A stretch of 64,000 nucleotides of DNA from Magallana gigas. Lineage: Eukaryota. The notes below the pieces were generated by a model. It was not told where the DNA came from and made no database searches. It saw nothing but the letters and a program-made list of their open reading frames with translations. Positions 25,942-38,350 of this stretch are shown one piece after another (position 1 is the stretch's first letter; every line of letters begins with the position of its first letter). The stretch is taken from assembly GCF_963853765.1 (NCBI RefSeq), contig NC_088853.1, forward strand, positions 31,434,001 to 31,498,000, given 5' to 3'. The translations under genes were made by a program, and so were the position numbers.

Positions 25942-26403
25942 AGGGACATGGTCACGAGTTTGGTCAAATTCTATTTATTATGTACAATGCTTTAAGAACT
26001 CATTTCTAATGATGAAATGGAATTCGAGAGTCAGTTGTAGAGTTATAAGCAAGATACAGGGCTCAAACTCTTTTTCATGTAAACAAGGCTCGTGCCCTGT
26101 TTAATTTTACAGAGGTTATTAAATACCAGTAAAACACCTTTCCCGTGTTCATTTTAAACATAAATAAACAGTTCCTAACGTTTAACACATTTCTTTCTAA
26201 TTAAAACTAGAATTTTCACTTCATCATTCAAAATATAAACAAAAGCTTTGTTTACTTAGCAAAGAATTGTAAGCCCTGAAACTCTCTTATTCCTAAACAA
26301 ATGTCACTTAAATTTTGGTTTGCATATTAAAAATGCCTTACTTGAGCAATGTAAACTTTAAAATCGGAAAACTATATTGGAACAAAATCGTGGCTATGCC
26401 CCT
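25942..26403. mobile_element. Kolobok-like MITE (same family)
   Basis: AGGGACATGGTCACGA ... AAAATCGTGGCTATGCCCCT; internal similarity to 27158-27633. Confidence 0.72.
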
Positions 26404-27157
26404 TAAAAAACCAGCAATATACCTCTTAATCTTAGCGAAGATGTGGAGATGGTGATAGTAATCATCTTGTGTTAATGACATTGGTAATTTCATATTGTGC
26501 TCATTCTTATTCTTCATTTTCCTATACCTTTTTTTTTCTGGAATACAAAAGTAACACATATACTGGCATTTAGAACATTTAGTTCAATATTTATAATTAT
26601 GGGAAATATGCTTGTTTTAAAAGATGAAGAGGCAAAGAATTATACAACTTTATAATTAAAAACTATTTAATTAAAGAGAGTAATGGATTTTTTAAGCACA
26701 TGCCATCACAGATTGAAATGTTTGCCTTCTTTTTAACGAATAAATAAAGAAAAATCTCGTAAAAGACATAATTTCCCAAGAATATGTTACTTTAGGCTTA
26801 AACTCTCGTTCTTAATCGTATAATTCTTGGTGTTTTTTATGTGGTCAACTCATTCCTCTTTTTCTGATCTGTATTTTATTAAACCGATGAACTTAAACCC
26901 ATAGTAGGAAAGGCAATGGCCATTTAATATCTGCATTATTGTATTCAGTGTATAATTCCCCATATGTTACTTAGCATTAGCTATTTGTGACGTTCAATTT
27001 TCAATTGAGCAGTAGTAAACGTTATCCGGCAAAGTTTTTGGCACTATATTTTGAGCCGCGGAAGCGCATTAATTAAGATGTTTTATGTCTGTTCCATTTA
27101 CGATCTATATGCCTGACAAAGAGCGTTTAAAATGGATATAAAGCGACGAAAAATTAA

Positions 27158-27633
27158 AGGGACATGGTCACGATTTTGATCTAATTTTATGATGCTGTTT
27201 TTATTATTTACAATGCTTTAGATTCCATTTCTAATTATCAAATGCAATTTAAGAATTAGTCCTAGAGTTATAAGCATTATACAGGGCTCACAATTCTTTG
27301 TCAAAAAAGGCCTGTTTTTTGTTTAAATAAGTTCAATTTACCAGTAAATAATCTTTTTAAAGCTGATTTGTTTGTCATCTTATTCATTTTAAGCATGAAT
27401 AAACAGTTCTGAACGTTTAACACATTCATTTTTTATCAAAAACCGAATTATTTACGTCAACATTTAAAATGTAAACAAAGACTTTGTTGACATAACAAAA
27501 AATTGAAAGCTGTTTAACTCGCTTATAACTCAACAAAAGACTTTCAAATTTGCCTATGAAAAAAGCCTTACTGAACCATTGTAAACCTTAAATTCAATAA
27601 AATATTTTTGACCAAAATCATGACCATACCCCT
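27158..27633. mobile_element. Kolobok-like non-autonomous DNA transposon
   Basis: TTAA on both flanks; TIR AGGGACATGGTCACGATTTTG ... CAAAATCATGACCATACCCCT. Confidence 0.8.
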
Positions 27634-28162
27634 TTAATATTTCATACAAATACACATAAAAAATATAAGAAATGAGTGTTTTTGGCTACACGGCCTGAAA
27701 TTTTATAGGACCGATGATATCCAATATATTCAATGCGTAATTAAATCAAATGTACATCTATTTAATCAAGATCTACAACTCAATTACACTTGTCCGACTG
27801 TATCCATAGCTTTTTTTTTATTTGAAACAGCGTCAATTTCACATAGACCAGTTGTTTGGTACAATTCAATATACTAGAAATGACAATCATACTTGTACCA
27901 GTAAATACATGCTCCGACGTTATATTTCTTTACATAATTTCAATATTTATCGGTATCCGTTACCTTATAACTTTCACGAATTGTATATAATTATGTAATA
28001 GCCAGGAAAAATGTTTTTAAAATCGGAAAATATGTATCTGTACATTTATATTCTTATGTCATGCTTTTAAAATTATACAAGTGCGACATCTTAAAACAAT
28101 GAAAATAATTTCCTCTCATTAATCGTTAACATAGAAGTGGTGATGAAAATTCGCCTACAAGA

Positions 28163-28235
28163 ATGAATGCTTTCAGAATGATTGCTGTACCCTGGTCTTT
28201 ATTTGTTAGCTTCCATGGTTATGTTTCCTGCTATG
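28163..28235 (+). CDS. Copy B exon 1 (signal peptide)
   Basis: 73 nt, paralogue of 9313-9385, G|GTAAAG donor. Confidence 0.75.
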
Positions 28236-30829
28236 GTAAAGTGGTTTTTGCTCACAATGTTAACATATGTATGATGAAGTGTTGCTTTTGCTTTGGTTTT
28301 AGATGTTTGTTTTATTTTAATTTGACTCAGTTTATCTAGGGTTTGTATCCTCTTGTAGACTGTCTAGCTTTACTGTGATAATTAGTAAGCTTTTTAATGT
28401 TATCAAACGCTTGTTTGATTTTAGAAGAACCTTCATGTTAAAATACTTTTAAAACACGCAATCACTTATATAATGTCTATTTGTAATGATAATAGTAATA
28501 TTGCCCATGGATTGTCTTACATTAAAAGTATATAATACTCTTTGTCATGCGCAGATCTAAAGGGGGGGGGGGGTTAAGGGGGTCCGGACCCCCCCCCCCC
28601 CCCCCGGAAAATTCAAATTTCTTTAAATTACAGTATTAAATTACAAAAATATTCCTCGGACCCCCCCCCCCCCCCCCCCCCCGTCAAACTCAAACCCTGC
28701 GCATGTTTGTACATACGTGTCAAGGATATAAACAATATATATTATGCAAAAAAAGGTTTACATTACAATAATTTAATACCGTGTCGGAAGATGGGGCTTT
28801 GATTTGGTGATTAATACGATAGCTTATTAACGATATACAATGATTGGATTTGAATCAACGAATTTTTTAGTTCATATAAAACTCCATAAAATCGCAATGG
28901 CATTGCGCACTGCTGAATTGAGGCTTTGGAATACTACAGAAAGAGTATTGTTGCGATGTTATTATAAGTACATAAGTATGTTCCTGGGCAATGATAGAAT
29001 TAGAAGGAGTAATAGTACATTGTTCATAAGAATTGGATAAAAATGAATTTCAAACAATATTGTTGATATTATTGTAATATTACAATGTAATATTATATTA
29101 TACAAATAGTGACTGGGGTTGAGGGCAACATTGATTATATTAGCCCCCGCGGGACGAAATATTGCCCGACGCGAAGCGGAGGGTAATTTTTTTTCGTCCC
29201 AAGGGGGCTAATATAATCAATGTTGCCCGAAAACAAAGTCAACATTTGTTTTGTTATATGAAGAAACAATCCAAAATTTAATAAAGTAATTGAAAACAGG
29301 TCGTCGTAAATTTCTCAGCTCAACAAAGAATTCACGAATTCAATTTTGTGCAAAGTTCATTTCCAAAATATCCTCAGCATCAGCGGTCACTAGTGATATT
29401 CCGCCAACCGTATAAGAATTAACATACAGATGTTCTATCTGATTTTATTTCACAGTAATTCGCAAATCCTTACATCCGTTATGACAGCAAACTGTCGCAA
29501 TGTGCGTCCGTTGTTTACTTGCCTTGACTGACTGTTTATTATGACGTCACCTTGTTTTTGGAGTCGCGAAGAGTTATTTACGTCATAGTTTACGAATCGT
29601 CAAATCAGAGGCGATTATTTGAAATAGAGGGAATGTTCTTTAGATATTATTAATAGCCGGTCAATATCAACAAAAATATTGACCAGTCAATATTTTTCGG
29701 ACGAGCTAATATTACATTTATTTACTATTCGTCTATATAGAGTTATATAGTGAGAATATACTACTGAATATAACAATGTTTTATATGATTCGTATCCTAC
29801 ATGGTATTTTTTTAACAAGAAAATCTCAGTAGAAGACCCACAACAGTACTCACCCAAAGTTCGACCTACAATGCACAGACAGCATCAATTGCTAACGATG
29901 GCGATATTCAGACTGATGAACACCACTGTGCTCACACTGCGCATAATCAAACAAAGGCATGGCTACAGGTGGACTTTGGACAGCCTTATATGATAAACAA
30001 TGTTATAATTCATTATAGAAGAGAAGGTATGTATAGCATGATTTTAAACATACACACTTAACATTGTTTAAAGAAATCACTATTGTGTAGTAATATTGGC
30101 TTCAACTAGTTTTAAAACCACGTGCTTGCAGTTGTTAGTATATGCTTTTTTAAGGATCTTATTTGTAAACAAAATACGTGTAGTTTTACATAAAAAGCAA
30201 ATGCAATTAACTTATTTTATATAAGGTGTTTTTTTATTTAGTTGATATTAATTTAAAACACATTTTTCATTTATCTTTTGTCATCATGACATATTTCACA
30301 AAAGCATATCGATTTGCCATGCTATTGAACAAAACCATATATATCGTGCAAGGGAACCAAGTTTCTTCGTATATATAAAAAAACAAAAACATTTTACTTA
30401 ACAGCTGCAATTTTTTTCTTGCCTTATTACGGATAATAAAAATATTGATTTTAGTTTTATCACTCATGTGGTCTTTATTTATTTTTAATAGAGCCAGTTG
30501 TAGGAAGCAAGTTGTCGAAAGCAACATCTCTTGTTAAGATAACATCCATTGTTAATGTCATAGTATCCGACACGAGATATGTACCAATACATATAATCCA
30601 AGATACGAACATAATCTGTTTTTGGCAGGTAAAAATAATCATGTTTATAACAATTAAATTTTTAAATTTAATCTTCTCTCATATCCAGAAACAGTTAATA
30701 TCGCATGACGCAGATGTTTTTCTTAATCTTACCATGAACCCAGAGCAAAACAGACGTGAATATTGCCTGAGTCAGAACTATTCTAGCATCATGCATGACA
30801 TGTCATGTTCGTATAGGATGTGCTTTTAA
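28163..30829 (+). CDS. Receptor copy B, truncated/chimeric: exon 1 (28163-28235), exon 2 (29820-30026), then a putative novel terminal exon 30492-30829 from antisense lectin-gene DNA; 205 aa if spliced
   Basis: Exons 1-2 are intact with splice sites (MNAFRMIAVPWSLFVSFHGYVSCY / ENLSRR..HYRREG). Intron 2 is homologous to copy A up to the acceptor AG at 30490-30491; the following sequence is homologous to 25102 onward and open in the correct phase to TAA 30827-30829. Expression is unproven. Confidence 0.55.
28546..28705. mobile_element. Duplicate of the 9693-9862 MITE
   Basis: Same position in intron 1 of copy B. Confidence 0.6.
29089..29766. mobile_element. Unclassified ~680-bp insertion element with a 106-nt subterminal hairpin
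   Basis: Absent from the equivalent intron of copy A; hairpin 29123-29228; inverted copy at ~34263-34910. Confidence 0.8.
29820..30026 (+). CDS. Copy B exon 2 (N-half of lectin-like domain)
   Basis: 207 nt open, AG/GT flanked, near-identical to 10299-10505. Confidence 0.85.
30492..30628 (-). pseudogene. Truncated second copy of lectin-gene exon 1 (5' part only)
   Basis: Homologous to 25102-25237; start ATG changed to CTG with a 1-nt insertion; cut off at the junction at 30492. Confidence 0.8.
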
Positions 30830-31420
30830 CAGGTATTAATACAAATATTCATGTTACATATACTTTCATATATCACCCATATCTACTGCGACCCTTTTAA
30901 TTATCAGTTGCCAGTGAAATGTGAGATTTACATAACCTTCAATGATAATCATTTATTCAACCAAACTAAAGTTGTATCTATGACTTTATAAACTGGTGAT
31001 TTGTGTCGCAATGTCAGAAACACTGTTGACAAGTCTGTTTGATCTTCCGTACGATACAGCACCCTGCCGACCAGATATATCCATACCATTATTATATCCC
31101 TATAATCTAATTTCACGTTTTAACAAAGACAATCCTACCGTAAGTTATATACATTTTTTTTAAACAATCCTTTCAACTTTAACAATTAAAGTGGAAACAA
31201 TCTATTTTACGACCGCATTTGCATGATAAAATTTCCTATCATAAACCTTACTCTTGAATCAAAGACAACTGTTATGAATTGCTTCGCGAATCGCAAACTC
31301 TAAACCGACAGATGTGATGCATTTCTATCATTTATTGATAAGTCTATATTTCTTTAGTTTTAATTTTATTTCCAGGTACATGTACTGCTAAGATATAATG
31401 GTTACAGATTATAAATTTAA

Positions 31421-31902
31421 AGGTACATGGCCACGATTTTGGACAAAGTCTATTTTTTCTAGAACTACAATTTACAATGCTTTAAGAACGGATTTCTAAT
31501 GATGAAATGAAATTTGAGAGTCAGTTGTAGAGTTATAAGCAAAAAAACAGGGCTCGCAACTCTTTTTCATGTAAACAAGGCTCGTGCCTTGTTTTTTGTT
31601 TTTTTTACATAGGTTAATAAATACCAGTAAAACATCTTTCCCGTATTCATTTTAAACATAAATAAACATTTCCTAACGTTTAACACAATCTCTTCTAATT
31701 ACAACTAGAACTTTCACTTCATCATTCAAAATGTGAACGAAAGTTTTGTTTACATAGCAAATAATTGTAAGCCCTGTAACTCGCTTATTCCTCAACTAAT
31801 GACACTCAAATTTCGGTTTGCATATTAAAAATGCCTTATTTGGGCATTGTAAACAATTAAAATTAGAAAAATATTTTTGAACAAAATCGTGGCTATGCCC
31901 CT
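31421..31902. mobile_element. Kolobok-like MITE, duplicated copy of 25942-26403
   Basis: TTAA|AGGTACATGGCCACGATTTTGG ... CAAAATCGTGGCTATGCCCCT|TTAA at the equivalent position in the segmental duplicate. Confidence 0.75.
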
Positions 31903-33160
31903 TTAAAAAACCCAGCAAAATACCTCTTAATTTGAAAAGATAATTTGCTTTTATTTTTCCTAAATATTCACAAGACGAAAAATATTATATTCTTCATTAT
32001 AATGAGTCAATAAAAGTTAGTAATTTATGTTATAAGCAGTCCTAAGCTTACCGCATAACTAGAGTGAATTTCCCCCACGCGTAAAAAAAACTTTTACTGT
32101 ATTAACAGAACACTGGAAATATAATCGGATGTTTGCTTTCACCCTTCTTTGAGCAATGAGTAAATCGTTCTGTTTCTAAAACGACATTTCACTTAATATG
32201 CCTGTGTTCATAAATTGCGTTTTAAACACTATAGGACCAGTATACGTACATATATCAACAATTTATCTGATCTTTTATTTGAAAATGAAATAGGAAATTA
32301 AAATTATTAAATAATACTGTTAGCCCCTTTCTATTAATTCATTGATACGTTTTAAAACAAAAGTCAATTGATAATTTTATTAACCATTTTGATTAGTAAT
32401 TAAATGTTAATTGCCATTTTTTATTTTTAAAGACGTTTGTTTCTCTGATTTCTGGTAGCCATATAAGCTCACCCCTAGTCTGAAACTTTTGAATTCTATA
32501 TATTTTTATTTTATTGTTGTTCTATATTTAAATGTACAATGTCAAATAAACTATATTGAATAAAACAGTGAACAGAAAATAATTCATTTTCAAAGATTAG
32601 TGAGGAGCACATTTTTGTCGTGGAATTATAATACATGTAAGAAGAAAATGAACATTTTTTTTCATAACGCAATAGTTTTAGAATACTGCAACTTTAACTT
32701 CTTTCTTTTCAGTGTTGACCAAACTTGCATACATATTGTTCATTGAATTTTTTGTTTTCATTTCAGAAAAAAAGTATTTCAACATTTCTTTTTTTAACTT
32801 CCATTGAAATATATACTGACATATATAGCTAATATCTCATAAAAGTCAAGCAAATCAAGATTCCAATGTTTGACTAATGTCGTCCAACTGATAATGTTTT
32901 AAGGATTTATATGATTTTGTAAGGTGTACCATACACTGTAACACCTTCTAAGGAAAAACGCGGATATAAGCTGAGGGCAAGCGTGCGATAACTCTATTAG
33001 GCAATCACTTCACAACATGGTCTTTCAAGCAATTTCATTTCGGCGGCATGGATTACCCTTTTCATTTTTTTGGCAATGAACTATTGAAAATTTCTGGGCG
33101 AGTAATCAATTCACTTCATATATGAATAATGGATAATTTTACATTCATATGCAGATCATT

Positions 33161-33393
33161 NNNNNNNNNNNNNNNNNNNNNNNNNNNNNNNNNNNNNNNN
33201 NNNNNNNNNNNNNNNNNNNNNNNNNNNNNNNNNNNNNNNNNNNNNNNNNNNNNNNNNNNNNNNNNNNNNNNNNNNNNNNNNNNNNNNNNNNNNNNNNNNN
33301 NNNNNNNNNNNNNNNNNNNNNNNNNNNNNNNNNNNNNNNNNNNNNNNNNNNNNNNNNNNNNNNNNNNNNNNNNNNNNNNNNNNNNNNNNNNNN
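33161..33393. other. Assembly gap (233 N)
   Basis: Run of N. Confidence 1.
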
Positions 33394-33403
33394 TCCTACT
33401 ATA

Positions 33404-34262
33404 CGAGGGTTGATCCAAAAGTAACGTCACTTTCTGGTAGAATTTCGTAATTTAGTACTCTATATAAATTTGCCACGATGCTCTATTTTACATTTTTTCC
33501 ATCAATTTTTTTTCCATAAAGTAACTAATTAATCTTTTTGTAATCGATGAAGTAATATATTGGATTATTTAAAGTGCGATCAGTTTGTCGAGGTCTCTTC
33601 AAGAAGTCATAAACGTAGCTTTATGATATAGTAATTGACAATTGACGTAAGAACGTTAACCCAGCTTTAATTTTCCTTCAGAGCGTATGTCTTCTATCTA
33701 TCTTATTTAATTATCAACAAGACATATGCTTTTATTAGATATTGGAACCACGTTTAAGGTACCCAGTTCACTCATTCTCAATTTTAGGTTGATATATCAA
33801 TTTCAGTACATTTTTTAGTGATTTCTGTCCATCAAAGCAAAATATGCATAGTATTACTATTTGCATGTCCAGCCTTTTTATCCCTTTTATCTAGAGACGA
33901 AAGGCATTGGGTAGATATATGAAATGGACAGTAACGGTCCCTTATTTTTCAAGACAGTTAGAAAAAGTTAATAATATATCTGTTTTAAAATATTGTGTTG
34001 TTTGGGCATTTTCAAATTTTGAAGCATCTAATTTTTTCATATATATAAAACCCTAAAAAAGATGTAAATTCATGACGCGGCAATGTCACGTATATATCAT
34101 GCTATAAACATCAATATCTTGTAAAGTATTCAACAAAATTTAATACAAATTTTAATTCGAATGGAATTTTTTATAAGGAAAATTTTGATGTATCATTTTA
34201 TACAATAGTGTGTCACTGAGAAGCGCGGTCATAGTGTGACGTTACTTTTGGATCAACCTTTG
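33404..34262. mobile_element. Mariner/Tc1-like MITE, 859 bp
   Basis: TIRs CGAGGGTTGATCCAAAAGTAACGTCAC and its near reverse complement (2 mismatches), flanked by TA on both sides. Confidence 0.85.
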
Positions 34263-34910
34263 TATAACTCTATATATACTAATACTGAATAATTGTAATA
34301 TTAGCTCGTCCGAAAAATATTGACCGGTCAATATTTTTTTAATATTGACCGGCTGGGAATAATATCTAGAGAACATTCCTTCAATTTCAAAATAATCGCC
34401 TCTGGTTTGTTGATTTGTAAACGGTGACGTAAATAAATCTTTGCGACTCCAAAACAAGGTGACGTCATTATAAGCAATCAGTCAAGGCAAACAAACAACA
34501 GACGCGCAATTCGACGGTTCGCTATCATAACGGGGACATGGAATTGCGAATTAAGTAAAATAAGGTAACACATCTTTAGCTTACTTCCTACGGACGGTGG
34601 AATATCACAAGTGACATTTTGATGCCGGCGATATTTTGGAAATGAACTTTGCAAAAATTAAATTTGTGAATTCCATGTTGAGCCAAGGAAATTATGGCGA
34701 TCTGTTTTCAAATCCTTTTTTGTTTTTTTTTTGGTTTGTTCCTTCATATAACAAAACAAATGTTGACTAATTTTTTCGAGCAACATTGATTATATTAGCC
34801 TCCTTGGGACGAATACATTGCCCTCCCCTTCGCGTCGGGCAATATTTCGTCCCTCGGGGGCTAAAGTAATCAATGTTGCCCTTAACTTCAGTCAATATTT
34901 GTATAATATA
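34263..34910. mobile_element. Second (inverted) copy of the hairpin-ended element, interrupted near its end by the mariner MITE
   Basis: Reverse complement aligns to ~29093-29748; hairpin 34778-34881. Confidence 0.8.
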
Positions 34911-37804
34911 TTTTAAGTCAAAATTTTCGATGCATGTAATACTACTGGTTGTGGTGTTTCAGAATGCCAGAAATAATAGATTAATACACTTCATAATCAT
35001 GAAACTTCGCAGGGGTTAATTGTCGTGGATTTTGGATCCGTTATAAATTCAATCTTTCTCAACTTATAAACGTTGCATATAATATTGATGTTTTATAAGA
35101 ACACAGTATAAAAAAAAAATCATAACTTTGCACCTACATCTGCATGAAAATGTTTAAAAAGTTGGAGAGAGTCATGCACGCAATCGAACTGTACTCAGAC
35201 TCCTCAACTTTTCTTTTTGGTAAAACAATAGTTGTTGTAGTACATGCTCAATTTTAGGCACCCAAGATAAATTTACAAAATTTTAAGTGTATTGTTTCTC
35301 CATTCAGTCCTTTTTGTGCCACACTTCAAGGAGCAATGTTTAACAATGGAACCTAAATAACGATCAAACAAACAAACAAAAAGAATGTTTAATGCTTTAG
35401 ATATATGGTGTCAGATTTTTTCAATGTTATATGTATATAAAATTATATATAATATTTTGTTCTGGCTTTAAATCACTAGCTATATTGATTTTGGTACTAT
35501 TGTGTATGTTTGAAAATGCAAAACATCAAAAGGGATTAAAAACGCTAACGATTTTAGACAAGTTAGATTTGGGGTTGAGAAATACCTTGTTATCCAAACT
35601 GCTATTGGTTATCAATACTCATATCTATCTTATTACAAAACAAAGTATTTGACTCTGAGAGTTATCGATCGTTTCTTGGGACTGACAATGTCTTACAAAA
35701 CATTCTTTTTTATTGACCATTATATTAAACTGAAAAAAGTAATGCTGGCAAAACGATTAAAAAAAAAACAACTTTAAATCTACTTCAAATCAGCATGTAA
35801 ATGGTATGATGAGAATAGAGCTGATGAATAATGAACACAGACTAGTTTATAATATTGCTTTCACCTCTAAAATTTGGTCGAGGTTGCATGCGTGTCATAT
35901 ATTGTCAAAACTCTTTGTCACCTCAGCCGTCGTAACTGTTCAGTCAAACACAACACAACAAGATTTGATTTCTATTTACAACTTTTATATACAATAAAAA
36001 CCCAACAAATATACATAACATAAACACATCATGAACAGTAAAATTTGTAACTTCTCTGTTGTCCCGCGTCTCCATCACGGGCAAGTAGAACAGTAGAAGA
36101 AGCAATCCTGTGAGGAAATAGACGAAATGAGTAGGACTGGCATGGCGTGAGGAAGTGGTGGACAGGTATTGCAATGGCGATGGACTGCCAAAAACTGGAT
36201 AAGGACCTTATTTATTTAAACAATGAACATACTTTGAGTTACATGATTAATATACTTTATATAAACCTATACTATGTCACACGGACTTAAATATAACATG
36301 ATGACAACAACAGCACGACACCACAGCGAATACGAATGCTGAATAACCTTAAGAGTAGCACACTACTTAACAAAGAAAATCCACGTCAAAACGATAGACA
36401 AAATACTCCGTACTACACGGAAAATATAAAAGTACACCGTACTACATGGCAAAAATACAAGTATACATGTATCATGCATTTATATACCAATATAAAGCAC
36501 ACACTCGACACGTGATCACACAGGACACGCGCGAGCAAGCACCTATGTTTAACAGTACTACCTCGTAAAACCATATATCAAAAAGTAACAAAATGGACTT
36601 AATATAACCTCCGCAGTAATGTAAAAAGACTCAGCTGCCTGTAGTTAAATTACAAAAGTATAAAATAGTTTAACTTACCCCTAGTAGGAGAAAGGGCTAC
36701 TCAAAACCTTAGCTGTTCATACCTTTCAAAAAGAAATCGTGGCCACTGTCTGCCAGATCTGCAATGCGGCAGTTTAAATAAGGTAATCAAACAATAGAAA
36801 AGAACTGACCAATACGTGTTGTAGCTGACACCGTTTCCAGAGAGGTACACTACGAGTATAAAAACTATTTACACATGAACGTTTAAGATGGTCCCTACAG
36901 GATACTCATACGTAAAAAAATAGATACTGATTTGTGACACTCTTATTGCTAGTAATGATATTCCATGTTTTGAAAATGTTGGAGAAAATGATTTATACCA
37001 GCGAGAAATGATTTTAACTATTACATGTCGTTTGAAGTTTATCAATAATTAATAGATTCTAACAATAATTTTTTTTTAAAATTGAATAAAAAAAGGTATT
37101 ACCAGATAAAACAAATTTGAAAACCAATTAAATATATTCGCCTTAGAGTTTATAATTTTATAATAGATTTTTTTTTTACGAAAATGTTTCTGCATGACAT
37201 TATCTCATTGAATATTTATACCAAACAACCAATCAATTAAATTGGATTAATCCAAGTGACTATACATGAAGTAATTTACCTAAATTATGCGAGTCGTTGA
37301 TATTTTGCTTTATTATATTGATTTATTTCTTTAGCACAATGTATCCTTTATTTAGCTCAAATGACTTCACGTTGTTCATAAATGGTCATTTCGAAACTTG
37401 AGCAATGACTTAACTCGTGATATATTTTTCTTTTCATTGCTTGCAAATACTTGCTTGGATCCTTTGATATATTTCATGTTTTTTCCTTTGTTTGAAATGC
37501 TTGTCACGATTAAGAAACAATGGTAACATCAGCAGAAATGTATAAACAATTAAAAAGTACATTAATATGTACTGGGAATAATATCAAATGACTTTTTTAT
37601 AAGACAGCTTAAAATTGATTGATCATATTATTCTTTGTTATTTCATCAAATATTTAAATCTAATATGTAACGTTTAATATAATACAACTACGATGGTTCA
37701 TGTGTACAGGTGTATATCTATTGTTTTCATCAATATTCGTTGAACACAAATTGTCATTGATTTTGATTTTGAATTGATCAACGCTTTTAAATAGTCATCG
37801 TATG

Positions 37805-38350
37805 TTAGTGCTTTTTTGGACATTTTTAGCAGACTTATTTCTATATTCATTTGAAGCAGAATTTATCCAAAGACTTGTACATGAAAAAAAAATCATTCGC
37901 CGTGGCCTTCAACCGACATTAAAGTATAGTTACGCCGTAAACGTATTAACAATGGTTACTGTCATTCCTACGTCAACTTGTTATATCACAGTGAATTTGT
38001 AATAAAAGCCACCATAGAGTCTAAATCATCCGTTTCATATTTAGATACTTTACTAGAAAATGACACGTATGGTTACAAGTAACGAACAACAAATATTTAC
38101 GATAAACACGATAAATTCAATTTTCCTATCGTGAACTTTCCTTAATGTAGCAATAAGCCTTCATCACCTGCATATGGGGTTTTTGTCTCTTAGTTTATTC
38201 TATATGCAAGGACATAATCTATGTATGTACAAATTCTAAAACGAGGCAAGCTATTAACAAACAAATTGATAAAACAACAGTATAAACAATCTCGATTGAA
38301 GTCATCATCTCGTAGGTTCTATGGTCGATACAACGAATTCGTCAGCACGA
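37805..38350 (+). mobile_element. Decayed Penelope-like retroelement, RT C-terminal region
   Basis: Fragments translate to LADLFLYSFEAEFIQ, SVSYLD.LL, IYDK.D.FNFPIVNFP, SSPAYGVFVS, KRGKLLTNKLIKQ.Y, FYGRYN; many stops and frameshifts; catalytic YxDD not recognisable. Confidence 0.8.

Larger units (their letters stand above)
27640..30491 (+). repeat. Segmental duplicate of ~8640-11022 (copy A promoter, exons 1-2, introns)
   Basis: Collinear similarity by eye (roughly 85-90%), with a ~680-bp insertion in intron 1. Confidence 0.92.
30492..31930 (+). repeat. Segmental duplicate of ~25102-26428 (lectin gene 5' end and upstream region, including a Kolobok-like MITE)
   Basis: Collinear from agccagttgtaggaagc to atacctcttaat. 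Confidence 0.92.

Noticed and set aside
33116-33430. ORFs spanning N runs
   Set aside because: Artefacts of the assembly gap.
36180-36870. Possible solo LTR (A/C-rich, short internal repeats)
   Set aside because: No TG..CA termini with TSD, PBS or PPT could be established.
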